From Lama guanicoe (lineage: Eukaryota): 64,000 bases of DNA. The stretch's first letter is position 1; every line of letters starts with the position of its first letter. Shown here one piece after another: positions 56,301 to 64,000 of this stretch. The notes under the pieces were generated by a model. The model was given only the letters and a program-made list of their open reading frames with translations, did no database searches and was not told the origin of the DNA. The position numbers and the translations under genes are program-made. The stretch covers positions 496,001 to 560,000 of the forward strand of contig MU053472.1 in the NCBI GenBank assembly GCA_013239625.1. Direction: 5' to 3'.

Positions 56301-59300
56301 ATGTATACTGATGCGTTACCCTGGGGGGAGGGGTAATTACATTGGTCTGTCACTGCTCTAGTCCCAGGCTCTTTCTGTTACTTTAAGACCGATGATGACA
56401 GCAATGCTCATACCTTACATATGAAAAAAAAAAGAGAGAAAAGAAAAGAAAAAGCTTTAGATCATTCTTTTTTAAAAAGAAAAAAAATATGGTTTATTAC
56501 AGTTTAAACAATCCATCCTCCTAATTTCTGCCACCTGGTGAAATTTTGCATGTCACCTCTAGCCACTGGTAATTCTATTTAGTTGACTATTGAGCACAGG
56601 GTAGGATAGATTATTTATTCTTTCAGACAGGGCCGACAGGAACAGCGTACGTTTCCTGCCACTTAGGTTTTCTGCCACTTGGGTTTTCATGGTGTTTCTC
56701 TGGTATTTTTCAGGATCTTTGACGAAGTGATGGGCTGCTTCTGTGATTCCCCACCCCAAAGCCCCACGTTCCCTGAGGCAGGTCACACATCTCTTTACGA
56801 CGAAGACAAGGTATGGTGTCCCCTTTGGGGGTATATTTGCTCCTTCAGGTACAGGACTTGTCTACTCGCTTTATGACTTAGGAACATTATGAGGAAGAAT
56901 TCATCTTTTCCACTCTAATTTATATTATTTAATTTTATATGCCTCATCAAAGTAGTTTTGGAAACAGGTGGAATATAAATGCTAACCTAAAAATAAAAAC
57001 AACTGTATTAATCTTGGAATCCATAGTGCGGAATGAGTTTGGCTACATCCATGGCAGCTGCCCTGGGTCTCTGAGCTTTGGTTGCTTTAATTCTTACTCA
57101 ATAATGGCTTGTATATTTGCAGAGTGATTCTATGGTAGTCTTTAGGGAATGGTGGGCTTCAGAGAGCAGAAAAAATAGAAACTGTGTTGAAAAATTTGTC
57201 CTTTTATAAAATCCCTTCTTTTCATTTCTTAGTAAACAAATTGCCCTATTTCTTCCCTACCAGGTTATTTTCCCATGGTTTCATACTTCCTTTGTTTGGC
57301 AAATTGTTATGAAGTATGTTCAGATGGCTTCTTTCACTCATTTGTCTTTACATTCTGTGGAGAGATGTGGCAAGTGGTTTTGTTCCCATTTTATTGGTGG
57401 AAAAGCTGAGACTCAGTGGATCTTCAGGTTCATATCAAGTCAAGATTTGGGGCCACCTCTCATTAATACCTTTGCTGCCTTATCTTTTAAAAGTTAGATG
57501 TTTTTATTTAATCTTCATTGTGGGTGTTGGGCAGTGGTTTCAATTTGCTCATTCCTACCAGTGGGCCATTCAAAATGTCCTGTGGGGCATATTTCTTTTT
57601 CAGGTTTTCTACTGAATATTGTAACTTCTCTCTGCCTTGTATTAGCCAGCCTCCTAATTTCTTTGTTCTTGGGTTGTAGGTCCCCCGGGATGAACCGATA
57701 CACATTCTGAATGTGGCTATCAAGACTGACTGTGACATTGAGGATGACAGGCTGGCAGCGATGTTCCGAGAATTTACCCAGCAAAATGTAAGTTCTCAGC
57801 TTGGGTGGAAACTGGTGATGGCCCCTTTCCTGCTGGCTGTATGTCATATCCATCCTTCTATCAGTTGCTACTTACAAGGCCTATCACCGATAATGGCTAT
57901 GTCTTTTACATAGTTCTGCCTGATCGGGTAACATTCCAAAGTGATTTAATGGTATAAAATACATGTCTTTTTCTGTCAAGAAATAATAGACCTCAAACAT
58001 TTAAAATGTTTTAAGGAAGTGGCGATATGTTCTTAAATCTTTCCCAGAGCTCCAATCTTGACTTGATTTCCGGTCACCTGCTGCATTTCCTTTGGTGACA
58101 ACTCTGCATGTCTCGGCCCAAACTTCCCTCGGGCCCCTTCAGTGACCTTCCCTGCCAACTTTGAAAATGTCAGTTATACTTGCATCCTCCTTTCAGTTTT
58201 ATATCACTTGGATATCTTGTGTTGACATCAAAATCCATAGTTTAAACCTAAATTCCCATCATTTTCCTTCACTTCTTCTGACTCCCCCAACCTGCGCAAA
58301 AAAACCTAAACAAAACCAAAAAAGCCCCCTAGTAACCAAATCCTTTGCCCCCAATCATTCAGAAATCACTGGCTTCTTCCTTTTCTTTGCTGTTCCATGA
58401 TTCTGCCCCTCTACCCACACTCTGTCTGTGTGTATTTGTATCTGGCCAGTCACCGTGGTCTCTTAGTGTTTTCTTTGCAGTTTCTCTTACTCTTTTCTTT
58501 CCTTTCCTTTTTCCTCTCCGCTTCTTTCTTCTCCCTTTCCATTCCCCTCCCTCCCTCTCTGTTTTCCTTCCTTCCTTCCCCCTTCTTTGTGGTTTTTTAA
58601 TTCCCATGACCATCTCTCTAGTTTAGACCTTTCCTCACCTCACACCTGAGGCACTGCAACAGGCTTACCTGTGATCTTCAGTCTTGCTCTCCGGGTACTT
58701 TCAGTTCTGCTCACCACCACAAAATTCGATGTCCAAAATGCCCCCTTTCCAAGTTACTCTCCCACTGAGGACTGATTCTCTCTAACCTTCAGGAAACCTC
58801 CTCCACTTGGTGTTTAACATCAGCCTGTTCATGAAGGCTAACAATCTAGCCTTTGCTCTTCCATGAAAAGACTTGAGTCTTTGTCTCCTCTACCTTATTT
58901 GCTTGATCTCTTCTACTGCACCTTATCTGGAATGTTTTCCTCTTTCTTTCTTCCCTCCTCCTCTCCCTCCTTCCTTCCCTCCCCTCAACCTTTCTTTCTA
59001 AACCCTGCTTGTTTTAAGAACTGTCTCAAATTTTCTTTTTTATGAGGACCTCTCTGAGTAGCCCTAACTAAAAATGTATTTTTCTCCTTTGAATTTCTAA
59101 TTGGTTAGCATATATTTATTAGCAATAATAATACTTTTTATTTATAAAGACCTTCTATTCAATTTTTTTTTATTTGCACCTTACCACAATCTTATGAGGT
59201 TAGATTAGTCAGGAATTATTCCAATTATACATGTGGGGAAAAACTCAAGCCCAGAGAGGTTAAGGCCCTTTAATCACTAGCCAGTAGATGACAGAGCAAA

Positions 59301-62300
59301 AAGTAGAATTTAAGGCTTTGATGCCAGCTCTAGGCGGGCACAGCTTTAGTAAATAGTACATTCCTAGCCCTGAAGATACTTGTAGTCTAGTTGGGGCAAC
59401 TGGTTAGGCACATTCAAAATGACAATCTGTGGTTCCATGTCGTTGCAATGTATGATAGATGCCAAGGTGCCCCTCCTCAGCTGCCCTTAAGGACAAGACC
59501 CATGTGTTTTCTTTGAATAGAAAGCACCTAGCCCATAGTGCTTGTCATAAAAAAAAGAATAATGCATTTTTAAAATTAATTCAGCAGTTAGTGCCATAGG
59601 CATTCACATCATATGAGGCTAATGGTAGATACCCAGGAAAAGATCGTAGTTTTGTCTCCACGGTGCTCTCACAGCATGTGAGCTGGCTGTGGGATCGCAG
59701 TGAGGAAAGGCACTTCCAGAGAAGTGGAAGTAGGGGTCATGCCTAGGAATTTTCCTTTAGAAGAGAAATTTGCCTTCCTTCTTGCCCTTGACTCGTGCAT
59801 GACCTCATGAAATTAACCTGAGACCAGTGCCCAAGGTGACCTTATCTGGAAGAGTCCTAGTGTTGTACATGGCTGCTGATGCTGTTGCTTGATGAAATAA
59901 TCTATGAAAGTTTCTTCCCAGGTTGTGAGACACTAATTGCCCACATTTCATTGTTTTGACCTCAACTTTAGGCTTTTTCTTTACCCTCAGACCTATATGT
60001 TATATATCATCCCACATGGATTTAAAGAGGCAGTTTCTCTATTTTCACTACATATAGTTCTAACATTAATTGCTGGTAAGTTACCCTCTTCCTTTACTGG
60101 ACTTGTAAACTGAGGCACAGAGCAATCCAGCGTCTTTGCCCAGGGCTCTGCAGAAGGGGAACAGTTGACTTTGCCAGACCTGGGGGAGCTACTAACTGAA
60201 TCAGGTACTGTGCTTACCCAGGAATATTTGGCATTTTCACCTACTTGTTTTGAAATATATATATAAAAAGAAAAGGAAGGAAAAGCAATTTAAAAACAAA
60301 GCTGAAGTGATAACTAGTTTTATTTTTCACTTCATGATCATGCTCCTAGCAGTTTAGAAAAAGTTTTTTTTTTCTTTTAAAGAACACATTAAACTATCAG
60401 ATAGGTTGATCCAAATTGTCCAAATAATCTTCTAGTCCCAGCATGTCTTTTTTTCTCTCATAGAAATTAGGATCATATATTTGTAAATGACTTGTGGAGG
60501 AGATTGAAGCAGTCAGTGTAAATGGAGTTTCTCCAGGTGCTGACGCCTAATCGCTGGGTAATAGCTGTGGACTTGCTGTGAGACCCGCATTATTACAATG
60601 TAATCAGAATCCTGTTGCTCTGCTGTTATTGTCAGCCACTTGTGGAATTTTTAAAGCAATAACAATTTTGATTTTAAATCATGGCATTATTAAAGTTATT
60701 TTCTTCCCTTGCCAGAACATAGCTATTGATGCTTGTCTTTGAAGGACTTGGCTGTAGTGGAATTCTTTGTTGGTATCAGAGGAAATGTTTCTGTTCCTCA
60801 GCATACTGAGAGACAGAGACCCACTCCCACCCCTCACCTCTTTCTTCCTCCTTCCCCCCCCTTCCTCCTTCCCCCCCCTTCCTTTCACCCCTCCTGCCCT
60901 CCTTCCATCCTTCCTTCCTTCCTTCCTTTCTTTTCTTACTGTAGTATCAATATTTGATTATTTACATTAATGAGTATGATGCCAGTGCCAATCATTTTAA
61001 GATGTAGTTAAACCAAAATTCATTTATATTTGACTGGGTAATTTATTATTAGAAAATTCATTTCTCCAGTTATCTTTTGCTTATGCTGCTAATTAGTTTT
61101 GTTACTAAACAATGCCATAGTAGAAATGGAAAAAATAAGAGGAAATGGCCCAGGAATGTGCTTGTTTATAAGGGGAAGAAGCCAATTTTGATTTTAAAAA
61201 TATATAGTATTAAGAAAGTTAAACAAACAGACTCACAGACATAGTAAACAGTCTTATGGTTACCGGTGGGAAAGGGGGTGGGATGGATAAATTGGGAGTT
61301 CGAGATTTGCAAATATTAACTACTATATATAAAAACCAGATTTCTTCTATATATCACAGGGAACTATATTCAATATCTTATAGTAACCTTTAATGAAAAC
61401 AAATATATGCATGTATATATGACTGAAATATTATGCTATCCACCAGAAATTGACACATTGAAACTGACTATACTTCAATAAATAAATAAAATTTGAAAAA
61501 TAAAAAGTTAAGAATTGGCTTATAAATATAGCTCTTGGTTAGAGTAAAGAAGGTAATTAAACTATCTGGATGTAGGTTGTGAAAGTCCACATATTTTTTT
61601 CAATTTTTTTTTTTCTATTCGTTCATGTATTTTTATCAGGTCATTCAATGGGTGCGATTGCTTCCGTACTTGCTAACATGTAGCCCCTCTTTGTTACGGT
61701 CCTTTAAGAGGATGGCTTTTACTCACTTCATTAATCTGTTCCTTTGTCTTTATCTTTTGAGATGAGTGAGCAGTACCAAGTAGAGGAAGGCTGACCCAAA
61801 GGCCCAAGACTCATGTAAGGGACTGTCTTGAAGCTGCTGGTCTCTGTTGACCTCTGATATACTGCTTGCCTATGCCAAGTGGAGATACAAATAATCACTA
61901 AATTTAAAAGACTGTTAAGCACTGCTTTTAACAATTTTTAAATAGAATCTTTTAAAAAAAATACCATCATATAAAGTAGAGAGGAAATGTTTCAGAACTG
62001 AAAAGGTTAAAAGTTGTTAGACTGAAATCTAGGAATGCTATATCAAACAATAGGTGATAGCTGTAGTCTAAATAACAGTTTAGGACTTGAATTTTCTATT
62101 TTATGGAAATTTTTTCTTTACTTGATTTTATTTAGCTTCTATATCAGTAGTGATCTTCACATTTAAATATAAGCCCACCAGTTTGATTTTTATAAGCAGA
62201 AATTTTGTTAAGGTCTACCTTGGTATGTATCAGTCCTTAGAGAATTTAAGTGACCTCATACAACCCTTTCTTCTCCACAAAATTCTCTTTCAGTTTTGTT

Positions 62301-62858
62301 CAGATCAATATATAAAACTTATTTTGTGAAACTTAGTCCCAGGAGCCATGTTGAGATTTGTTGTTTGCAAGTTTGAAGGTACTAAGTCAAGATAAAGATA
62401 TTCAAAAAAGAGTGCTTAGTGCAATCAGAGCCTTCTAGGGACTGAATGGGGTAAAGCTGAGGCTGAGTGGAGATCTCATCTATTTTCTGTTTCACATGTT
62501 TGTTTGTAGAAAGCTACCCTGGTTGAGCATGGGATTCGGCGCCTCACTTTCCTGGTTGCACAAAAGGTATTGGCATGTGAATTATGTACCTCTTTAATAT
62601 TTCTTATGCTGCTGCTAGTACTTTAAAAAATGAAAAGTGTTGTTATAATCGTATGCTTACTTGCAGAATTTATGCAGAGAAAAAACTGTTTTGCTATAAA
62701 TTTAATCAGGAAAAAGCCTTAGTTTAATCACCTTTTACTCAATTGGTTTTTAATTATGTTACTAATTGCCAACTTCTGCTGTTTTTCCTTCCTTTCTGTC
62801 TTTCATTTGAAAGGATTTCAGAAAACAGGTCAACTATGAAGTAGATCAGAGATTTCAT
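541..62858 (+). CDS. ACACA: Acetyl-CoA carboxylase 1 (alpha), partial multi-exon gene: 28 coding exons, 3356 nt spliced, open at both ends
   Basis: Spliced translation gives ACC hallmarks: [49 protein letters not shown] and the ACC1 segments [22 protein letters not shown] and [11 protein letters not shown]. Every junction is GT-AG and in phase. Residue spacing reproduces human K786, S1201 and S1263 if the first Gly is 231. Confidence 0.99.
1982..2088 (+). CDS. ACACA: ACACA exon 2 of window (107 nt): (G)[35 protein letters not shown]
   Basis: ttgcag|GTC acceptor, AAG|gtagg donor; phase 1 to 0. Confidence 0.97.
2357..2394. repeat. Compound microsatellite (TG)9(AG)10
   Basis: Read directly from sequence. 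Confidence 0.95.
4831..4941 (+). CDS. ACACA: ACACA exon 3 of window (111 nt): [37 protein letters not shown]
   Basis: Long pyrimidine tract then aaag|GCT; CAG|gtgga donor; ATP-grasp glycine-rich loop. Confidence 0.98.
6290..7203 (+). mobile_element. Degraded old L1 (L1M) 5'/ORF1 region, left part
   Basis: A-rich ORF1-like text (gaactgaaaatgcaataactaaagttaag...gaagagagaattagtgactggaagataga); left edge approximate. Confidence 0.7.
7204..9680 (+). mobile_element. Full-structure MaLR element (MLT1-like LTR 7204-7764, internal region, LTR 9134-~9680)
   Basis: Two diverged ~550-bp direct repeats (shared gattatttgc/gattgtttgt, gaactgcccag, gagcaaataaaat); TG...ACA ends on the 5' LTR; purine tract ggccagagggtggac before the 3' LTR. 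Confidence 0.8.
9710..10148 (+). mobile_element. Degraded old L1 ORF1, right part (resumes after the MaLR insertion)
   Basis: gcagaagcaatatttgaagacataatggct...aagactgatagctgacatctcagtagaaaca...tagaattctgtatc are ORF1 C-terminal signatures. Confidence 0.75.
10271..10292. repeat. (GT)11 microsatellite
   Basis: Read directly from sequence. Confidence 0.95.
10561..10770 (+). CDS. ACACA: ACACA exon 4 of window (210 nt): [11 protein letters not shown]...[17 protein letters not shown]...FEHMEQ
   Basis: tatag|GTT acceptor, CAG|gtgtg donor. Confidence 0.98.
11385..13700 (-). mobile_element. Second, older MaLR element (MLT1-like LTR-int-LTR) on the minus strand
   Basis: 12085-12185 resembles the reverse complement of the internal 3' end at 9050-9133; 13160-13225 resembles the reverse complement of the internal 5' end at 7762-7840; LTR-like flanks on both sides. 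Confidence 0.6.
11539..11762 (+). mobile_element. MER58A-like hAT-Charlie MITE inserted in the MaLR LTR
   Basis: Terminal inverted repeats gagtcagcaaact...agtttgccaagcc; internal gttgagtagttgtgacagagac signature; ~220 bp. Confidence 0.8.
13980..14150 (+). CDS. ACACA: ACACA exon 5 of window (171 nt): [11 protein letters not shown]...[13 protein letters not shown]...PAAQLQ
   Basis: ttctttgag|TGT acceptor (GAG type), CAG|gtgagt donor; BC catalytic motif. Confidence 0.97.
15162..15323 (+). CDS. ACACA: ACACA exon 6 of window (162 nt): [12 protein letters not shown]...RITSENPDE
   Basis: tttcag|ATT acceptor, GAG|gtaac donor. Confidence 0.98.
15686..15849 (+). CDS. ACACA: ACACA exon 7 of window (164 nt): [26 protein letters not shown]...WGENREEAI(S)
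   Basis: aacag|GGT acceptor, TTC|gtgagt donor; not in the ORF track. Confidence 0.97.
16840..17170. mobile_element. hAT-type DNA transposon relic (MER102-like)
   Basis: cagatgtgttttgattggc...gctctccagttc...cctcactcatttacatt resemble this family; subfamily uncertain. Confidence 0.45.
18533..18683 (+). CDS. ACACA: ACACA exon 8 of window (151 nt): [22 protein letters not shown]...LIAEKVQ
   Basis: cccag|AAAC acceptor, CAG|gtggg donor. Confidence 0.98.
19466..19569 (+). CDS. ACACA: ACACA exon 9 of window (104 nt): [34 protein letters not shown](R)
   Basis: tttcag|GCA acceptor, GAG|gtagg donor. Confidence 0.97.
21071..21269 (-). mobile_element. 5'-truncated lineage-specific L1 3' end, nested in an older L1M fragment (~20710-21400)
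   Basis: T-rich tail then aattgaagtatagtagatttacaatgtt...gttccctgtgctatacagt; reverse complement of the copies at 27374 and 61223. Confidence 0.8.
21471..21552 (+). CDS. ACACA: ACACA exon 10 of window (82 nt): [27 protein letters not shown]
   Basis: tttcag|GGG acceptor, AAG|gtatg donor. Confidence 0.97.
22004..22149 (+). CDS. ACACA: ACACA exon 11 of window (146 nt): [16 protein letters not shown]...YMKEEVD(R)
   Basis: tacag|GTG acceptor, CAG|gtgagt donor. Confidence 0.98.
22722..22872 (+). CDS. ACACA: ACACA exon 12 of window (151 nt): [29 protein letters not shown]...YAEIE
   Basis: cctag|GTAT acceptor, GAG|gtcagg donor; start of biotinyl domain. Confidence 0.98.
23100..23830 (-). mobile_element. 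L2 LINE fragment
   Basis: caacacttattgagt 3' end, ggacttcctgatagaggggg, taagaagtttagactc, ggagtcaagaatga signatures. Confidence 0.65.
24018..24152 (+). CDS. ACACA: ACACA exon 13 of window (135 nt): [14 protein letters not shown]...NPSKVQQ; biotinyl-lysine codon AAG at 24024-24026
   Basis: tatag|GTG acceptor, CAG|gtgag donor; MKM biotinylation motif. Confidence 0.98.
24473..24619 (+). CDS. ACACA: ACACA exon 14 of window (147 nt): [25 protein letters not shown]...PDPFFSSR
   Basis: gacag|GCC acceptor, AGG|gtgtg donor; phase 0-0; not in the ORF track. Confidence 0.96.
24880..25310 (+). mobile_element. Non-autonomous Tigger1 internal-deletion derivative (431 bp)
   Basis: TIRs CAGGCATACCT...AGGCATGCCTG; TA at right flank, TG at left; Tigger1 5' text ggttcagttccagaccactgcaataaagc. 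Confidence 0.88.
25403..25591 (+). CDS. ACACA: ACACA exon 15 of window (189 nt): [24 protein letters not shown]...QFPSQQ
   Basis: ctcag|GTG acceptor, CAG|gtatt donor. Confidence 0.98.
26281..26381 (+). CDS. ACACA: ACACA exon 16 of window (101 nt): [33 protein letters not shown](R)
   Basis: tttag|ATT acceptor, GAG|gtagt donor. Confidence 0.97.
27141..27229 (+). CDS. ACACA: ACACA exon 17 of window (89 nt): [29 protein letters not shown](G)
   Basis: cctag|GTAC acceptor, ACG|gtaag donor. Confidence 0.97.
27374..27600 (+). mobile_element. 5'-truncated young L1 3' end with target-site duplication
   Basis: L1 3'UTR text plus A-rich tail; CTAAACCTCTA at 27363-27373 and 27601-27611; TT/AAAA site upstream. 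Confidence 0.85.
28008..28025 (+). promoter_or_regulatory. Candidate CTCF site
   Basis: TGCCACAAGATGGCAGTG closely fits the CTCF core consensus CCACNAG(A/G)TGGCAG; motif match only. Confidence 0.5.
28130..30440 (+). mobile_element. Degraded L1M ORF2 (reverse transcriptase to C-terminus) and 3' UTR
   Basis: 28470-28575 is a decayed RQG.PLS.LLF.I.L..LA.A.RQEKE.KG..IGKE segment; gattggtataaccactttggaaaac and cctagcaatttcactcttaggt downstream; many stops and frameshifts. Confidence 0.88.
31590..31735 (-). mobile_element. MIR SINE fragment
   Basis: aaagtgatttgcccaggagcacacagtaa...tttgagcccaagg...ctgactcc. Confidence 0.7.
31879..32003 (+). CDS. ACACA: ACACA exon 18 of window (125 nt): [41 protein letters not shown]
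   Basis: tgcag|GTC acceptor, ATT|gtgagt donor. Confidence 0.98.
34089..34162. repeat. G/A-rich polypurine low-complexity tract
   Basis: gggaggagtggaggaggggagagagtagggggaagaggaaggggagggggagg... Confidence 0.9.
38599..38712 (+). CDS. ACACA: ACACA exon 19 of window (114 nt): [38 protein letters not shown]
   Basis: gttag|GAT acceptor, CAG|gtaag donor. Confidence 0.98.
39924..40037 (+). CDS. ACACA: ACACA exon 20 of window (114 nt): [38 protein letters not shown]
   Basis: tctag|GTT acceptor, CAG|gtata donor. Confidence 0.97.
40775..40945 (-). mobile_element. MIR SINE fragment
   Basis: ctcacaacagccccatgagg...attattattttccccattttgtagctgaagaagctgaggcagaga core. Confidence 0.8.
41071..41160 (+). 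CDS. ACACA: ACACA exon 21 of window (90 nt): [30 protein letters not shown]
   Basis: tccag|AAA acceptor, GAG|gtagg donor. Confidence 0.97.
41572..41780 (-). mobile_element. MIR SINE fragment
   Basis: gaggttaagtgacttatccaa...atttgaacccaggtcagtgtgactcaaag. Confidence 0.75.
42742..42860 (+). CDS. ACACA: ACACA exon 22 of window (119 nt): [39 protein letters not shown](R)
   Basis: accag|GTG acceptor, CAG|gtgagt donor. Confidence 0.98.
44935..45700 (-). mobile_element. MER21-like solo LTR (ERVL)
   Basis: Reverse complement of the right end resembles the MER21 start (atttggcc...ctctaaaattttggaatttc); repeated ttctgacacca; cagaactcaggaaa; minus-strand AATAAA near 45232. Confidence 0.75.
46120..46248 (+). 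mobile_element. tRNA-Ala-derived SINE (camelid vic-1-like) with A tail and 16-bp TSD
   Basis: GGGGAGGATATAGCTCAAG A box, GCTTAGCATGC Ala(AGC) anticodon arm, GGTTCAATCCC B box, A11 tail; flanks GAGAATCACTACTACT (46103-46118) and GAGAATCACCACTCCT (46249-46264). Confidence 0.88.
46270..46560. mobile_element. MER33-like hAT-Charlie relic
   Basis: tagaaatctaatgcaagccacatatgtaattttaaattttcta...ctagccacat. Confidence 0.7.
47395..47531 (-). mobile_element. L1MA-like 3' end fragment
   Basis: atgagatctactcc...caagtgtacaatatagtattgttgact...cagatctctag. Confidence 0.7.
53111..53134 (+). CDS. ACACA: ACACA 24-nt cassette microexon (exon 23 of window): (R)GNIPTLN(R)
   Basis: ttacag|AGGGAACATCCCCACGCTAAACAG|gtaccg; phase 2-2; matches the ACC1 8-residue insert preceding RMSF. 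Confidence 0.95.
55786..55929 (+). CDS. ACACA: ACACA exon 24 of window (144 nt): [47 protein letters not shown](R); Ser1201/Ser1216-equivalent phosphosites
   Basis: tttag|AATG acceptor, CAG|gtaag donor. Confidence 0.98.
56714..56810 (+). CDS. ACACA: ACACA exon 25 of window (97 nt): [36 protein letters not shown] (Ser1263) BRCA1-BRCT docking motif
   Basis: ttcag|GATC acceptor, AAG|gtatg donor. Confidence 0.98.
57680..57787 (+). CDS. ACACA: ACACA exon 26 of window (108 nt): [36 protein letters not shown]
   Basis: tgtag|GTC acceptor, AAT|gtaagt donor. Confidence 0.97.
58470..58588. repeat. Polypyrimidine (CT-rich) low-complexity tract
   Basis: Nearly pure C/T with CCTT/CCCT units. Confidence 0.88.
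59170..59330 (-). mobile_element. MIR SINE fragment
   Basis: cacaatcttatgaggt...ggaaaaactcaagcccagagaggttaagg...agtagatgacagagc. Confidence 0.6.
60821..60937. repeat. Polypyrimidine tract ending in (CCTT)n
   Basis: Read directly from sequence. Confidence 0.9.
61223..61503 (+). mobile_element. 5'-truncated young L1 3' end
   Basis: acagactcacagacatag...gagatttgcaaatattaactact...aactgactatacttcaataaa; candidate TSD AAAGTTAA at 61215-61222 and 61504-61511. Confidence 0.85.
62510..62566 (+). CDS. ACACA: ACACA exon 27 of window (57 nt): [19 protein letters not shown]
   Basis: tgtag|AAA acceptor, AAG|gtatt donor. Confidence 0.96.
62814..62858 (+). CDS. ACACA: ACACA exon 28 of window (45 nt): [15 protein letters not shown]
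   Basis: Pyrimidine tract then gaaag|GAT; CAT|gtaagt donor; phase 0-0. Confidence 0.94.
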
Positions 62859-64000
62859 GTAAGTAAAAAGAGCAATGATGAAAGATTACTTGCTGTTTTA
62901 TCTGTTAGCCACTGATTAAATATTTAGAGTTATTTAGAAGGGCTGGACTGACGTTTGGTCCCTACTATAATGAATATTCAGTTCTTCTATGGAGTGTTCA
63001 AACTAAAGGTTTTTTTTTTCCTTTTTTACCCTATAATGAATTCTTAATATATCTCTGAGAAATAGTTAAGAATGAGCATATGCATTTATCCAGATGAATA
63101 AGGTAGAAGCGGGAGCTAACTAGTAATTTCTCCTGTGCACACGATGAATCAGTAATCAAGGACTGCCAATTATACTTGGGGTCTTGGCTTCTACCAAAGA
63201 TGGATTCCAGTTCTATTATTGAGAATTCTCAATTCTGAAGAACAGTCATTTATTATTTAAAATGCCTTAATGGAGCCCAAGTTGGTGTTTTTGTCTTACG
63301 TTAATTCTAAGAGGAGGAAATAAATAAAAATTAAGTATTAAGTTGCTTGTTCCCCCATTTCATTGAATTAAATGTTAATATTTATGAGATTAAAAATTTT
63401 ATTGAAAAATTTTAATAAAGAGAATTAAGTAATAGCCTGGCCTCTGAATTGTGGTGCACATGTGTGTGATCATACCCAATATGCTTAGCAGTACGGTCAG
63501 AAATCCAGTTTGCATTCAAGATGTCATTCTCTAAAATGACTGATTGGAGTAAAAATATTTCTTTAAAAATTGATCCTAGTGTCAGTGAAGTAGGATTCCA
63601 AAGGATATTAAGAAGTCTTAATTTTTCTGATTTTGTTTTGTTTTGGCAATTAAGATGATTGAGTTAGTTTTCAAGCCCTGCTCATTTGCAATAATGAAGA
63701 TGACATTTGGGATTCTGGAAAGGACTCTGTAAACTCAAGGACCTGTGTGTGATTGCTCTTATTGCCCTTTTGTTTATTAGGTCTCCAGCACTTGACATTT
63801 TGTTTTCCCTCTCACAGTTGGTCTAGTCTATAGAGAAACAAGAGAGCCCAGCCTGAAAGCTAAAGAGCTAGGATTTTTCTGAAACACTTTAGGAAATGTT
63901 GTGGACTACACAACTCCCCTGTGTTATTGATGTCAGGAAATCAAGCAGAGTGCAGATATATATCAATCAATAACTGTAGATAGGAAACTGGAGGCAGTGG

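Noticed and set aside
541..62858. Intronic snoRNA (I recall human annotation placing SNORA90 within ACACA) and U12-type introns
   Set aside because: Could not locate a convincing H/ACA or C/D structure by eye; an Infernal/Rfam scan is needed. No donor matches the U12 GTATCCT consensus.
1..64000. Prokaryotic-type systems (CRISPR arrays, operons, defence islands), NUMTs, processed pseudogenes
   Set aside because: The window is intron-exon mammalian DNA; no spaced direct-repeat array, mitochondrial-like segment or intronless gene copy was seen.

Overview
Mammalian genomic DNA containing the middle of the acetyl-CoA carboxylase alpha gene (ACACA, ACC1) on the + strand. I resolved 28 coding exons between 541 and 62858. 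All have GT..AG boundaries and consistent phases, and they splice into one uninterrupted frame of 3356 nt (about human ACC1 residues 231-1349). That frame covers most of the biotin carboxylase domain, the BT domain, the biotinyl domain (EVMKM, K786 equivalent) and the central domain with its phospho-regulatory loop. The gene extends beyond both window ends. Artiodactyl-like residues and a tRNA-Ala-derived SINE suggest a camelid host (inference). Introns carry L1, L2, MIR, two LTR-int-LTR MaLR elements, a MER21 LTR, hAT and Tigger DNA-transposon relics and simple repeats. Repeat family names are from recognition and their edges are approximate. Nearly all other ORFs in the track are spurious. 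I found no clearly new biological system. The best leads are: a 24-nt microexon just before the Ser1201 site that is flanked by three ACTAAC (QKI/branch-point) motifs and resembles the end of the preceding exon; a 45-nt symmetric exon; a rare GAG acceptor; a G-triplet cluster beside a weak donor; and CpG-rich, repeat-free intronic patches that look like regulatory elements.
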